Shown: positions 62,338 through 64,000 of the stretch, in pieces
How the letters are laid out: each line of letters begins with the position of its first letter
Position numbering within the stretch: position 1 is the first letter of the stretch
NCBI RefSeq assembly: GCF_013122565.1
Contig: NZ_CP053258.1
DNA: 64,000 nt
From: Escherichia coli
GTDB lineage: Bacteria; Pseudomonadota; Gammaproteobacteria; Enterobacterales; Enterobacteriaceae
Direction: 5' to 3' (one strand)
Program-made: the position numbers and the translations under genes
Notes under the pieces: generated by a model
Seen by the model: the letters and a program-made list of their open reading frames with translations, nothing else
What the model was told of the DNA's origin: nothing
Databases searched by the model: none

Positions 62338-63348
62338 ATGAGACGAGAACTTGCCATCGAATTTTCCCGCGTCACCGAATCAGCGGCGCTGGCTGGCTAC
62401 AAATGGTTAGGACGCGGCGATAAAAACACCGCGGACGGCGCGGCGGTAAACGCCATGCGTATTATGCTCAACCAGGTCAACATTGACGGCACCATCGTCA
62501 TTGGTGAAGGTGAAATCGACGAAGCACCGATGCTCTACATTGGTGAAAAAGTCGGTACTGGTCGCGGCGACGCGGTAGATATTGCTGTTGATCCGATTGA
62601 AGGCACGCGCATGACGGCGATGGGCCAGGCTAACGCGCTGGCGGTGCTGGCAGTAGGCGATAAAGGCTGTTTCCTCAACGCGCCAGATATGTATATGGAG
62701 AAGCTGATCGTCGGACCGGGAGCCAAAGGCACCATTGATCTGAACCTGCCGCTGGCGGATAACCTGCGCAATGTTGCGGCGGCGCTCGGCAAACCGTTGA
62801 GCGAACTGACGGTAACGATTCTGGCTAAACCACGTCACGATGCCGTTATCGCTGAAATGCAGCAACTCGGCGTACGCGTATTTGCTATTCCGGATGGCGA
62901 CGTTGCGGCCTCAATTCTCACCTGTATGCCAGACAGCGAAGTTGACGTGCTGTACGGTATTGGTGGCGCGCCGGAAGGCGTAGTTTCTGCGGCGGTGATC
63001 CGCGCATTAGATGGCGACATGAACGGTCGTCTGCTGGCGCGTCATGACGTCAAAGGCGACAACGAAGAGAATCGTCGCATTGGCGAGCAGGAGCTGGCAC
63101 GCTGCAAAGCGATGGGCATCGAAGCCGGTAAAGTATTGCGCCTGGGCGATATGGCGCGCAGCGATAACGTCATCTTCTCTGCCACCGGTATTACCAAAGG
63201 CGATCTGCTGGAAGGCATTAGCCGCAAAGGCAATATCGCGACTACCGAAACGCTGCTGATCCGCGGCAAGTCACGCACCATTCGCCGCATTCAGTCCATC
63301 CACTATCTGGATCGCAAAGACCCGGAAATGCAGGTGCACATCCTCTGA
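62338..63348 (+). CDS. glpX: Fructose-1,6-bisphosphatase class II
   Basis: 336-aa ORF MRRELAIEFSRVTESAALAGYKWLGRGDKNTADGAAVNAMR... Confidence 0.96.
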   Translation: MRRELAIEFSRVTESAALAGYKWLGRGDKNTADGAAVNAMRIMLNQVNIDGTIVIGEGEIDEAPMLYIGEKVGTGRGDAVDIAVDPIEGTRMTAMGQANALAVLAVGDKGCFLNAPDMYMEKLIVGPGAKGTIDLNLPLADNLRNVAAALGKPLSELTVTILAKPRHDAVIAEMQQLGVRVFAIPDGDVAASILTCMPDSEVDVLYGIGGAPEGVVSAAVIRALDGDMNGRLLARHDVKGDNEENRRIGEQELARCKAMGIEAGKVLRLGDMARSDNVIFSATGITKGDLLEGISRKGNIATTETLLIRGKSRTIRRIQSIHYLDRKDPEMQVHIL

Positions 63349-63370
63349 TTGATTTGATCGATTGAGCCTT

Positions 63371-63397
63371 CCAGTCCTTCGGGACTGGAATTTTTTT
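63371..63397 (+). terminator. Intrinsic terminator after glpX
   Basis: ccagtcc-ttcgg-gactgg followed by aattttttt. Confidence 0.7.
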
Positions 63398-63444
63398 GTT
63401 CGGAGAACGAAGATAAGGCAAGTCAATCAAAACAGGAGAAAAAC

Positions 63445-64000
63445 ATGGCTGATTGGGTAACAGGCAAAGTCACTAAAGTGCAGAACTGGACCGACGCCCT
63501 GTTTAGTCTCACCGTTCACGCCCCCGTGCTTCCGTTTACCGCCGGGCAATTCACCAAGCTTGGCCTTGAAATCGACGGCGAACGCGTCCAGCGCGCCTAC
63601 TCCTATGTTAACTCGCCCGATAATCCCGATCTGGAGTTTTACCTGGTCACCGTCCCCGATGGCAAATTAAGCCCACGATTGGCGGCACTGAAACCAGGCG
63701 ATGAAGTGCAGGTGGTTAGCGAAGCAGCTGGCTTCTTTGTTCTGGATGAAGTACCAGATTGCGAAACGCTATGGATGCTGGCAACCGGTACAGCGATTGG
63801 CCCTTATTTATCGATTCTGCAACTAGGCAAAGATTTAGATCGCTTCAAAAATCTGGTCCTGGTTCACGCCGCACGTTATGCCGCCGACTTAAGCTATTTG
63901 CCACTGATGCAAGAACTGGAAAAACGCTACGAAGGCAAACTGCGCATTCAGACGGTGGTCAGTCGGGAAACGGCAGCGGGGTCGCTCACCGGACGGATAC
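63445..64000 (+). CDS. fpr: Ferredoxin/flavodoxin-NADP+ reductase, N-terminal part; gene truncated by the window end
   Basis: Translation from the ATG at about 63445, after an AGGAG Shine-Dalgarno, gives MADWVTGKVTKVQNWTDALFSLTVHAPVLPFTAGQFTKLGLEIDGERVQRAYSYVNSPDNPDLEFYLV... and runs to the window end. Confidence 0.93.
   Translation, partial: MADWVTGKVTKVQNWTDALFSLTVHAPVLPFTAGQFTKLGLEIDGERVQRAYSYVNSPDNPDLEFYLVTVPDGKLSPRLAALKPGDEVQVVSEAAGFFVLDEVPDCETLWMLATGTAIGPYLSILQLGKDLDRFKNLVLVHAARYAADLSYLPLMQELEKRYEGKLRIQTVVSRETAAGSLTGRI

Overview
This window is an Escherichia coli-type chromosomal segment collinear with the K-12 btuB-trmA-fabR-sthA-oxyR/oxyS-argHBC/argE-ppc-eptC-yijO-frw/pfl-ptsA-fsaB-gldA-yijFE-katG-metF / metLBJ-yiiX-rpmE-priA-cytR-ftsN-hslVU-menA-rraA / zapB-glpFK-glpX-fpr region, in reverse-complement orientation. 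Gene identities and canonical start sites were assigned by recognising the translated ORFs against K-12 proteins recalled from memory; no database search was run. Three blocks are not part of the K-12 arrangement as I recall it: (A) about 3 kb between the oxyS terminator and argH, carrying an ACS-family MFS sugar-acid transporter and a ManD/RspA-like enolase-superfamily dehydratase; (B) about 10 kb between the metF promoter and the metL 3' end, carrying a PTS EIICB, a LacI-family regulator, a MocR-family regulator, an alanine-racemase-family enzyme, an SHMT (GlyA)-like gene with an in-frame amber stop, a secreted 5'-nucleotidase-family phosphoesterase and a Cys-rich Zn-ribbon protein; (C) about 1.5 kb between rraA and zapB, carrying two tandem paralogous membrane-anchored proteins with no recognisable family. 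Island B and the island-C paralog pair are the best candidates for an undescribed system, but their function is inference only. pflD carries a single in-frame TAA stop. No CRISPR array, intact IS element, prophage, rRNA or tRNA gene was found. Regulatory-site and repeat coordinates are approximate.
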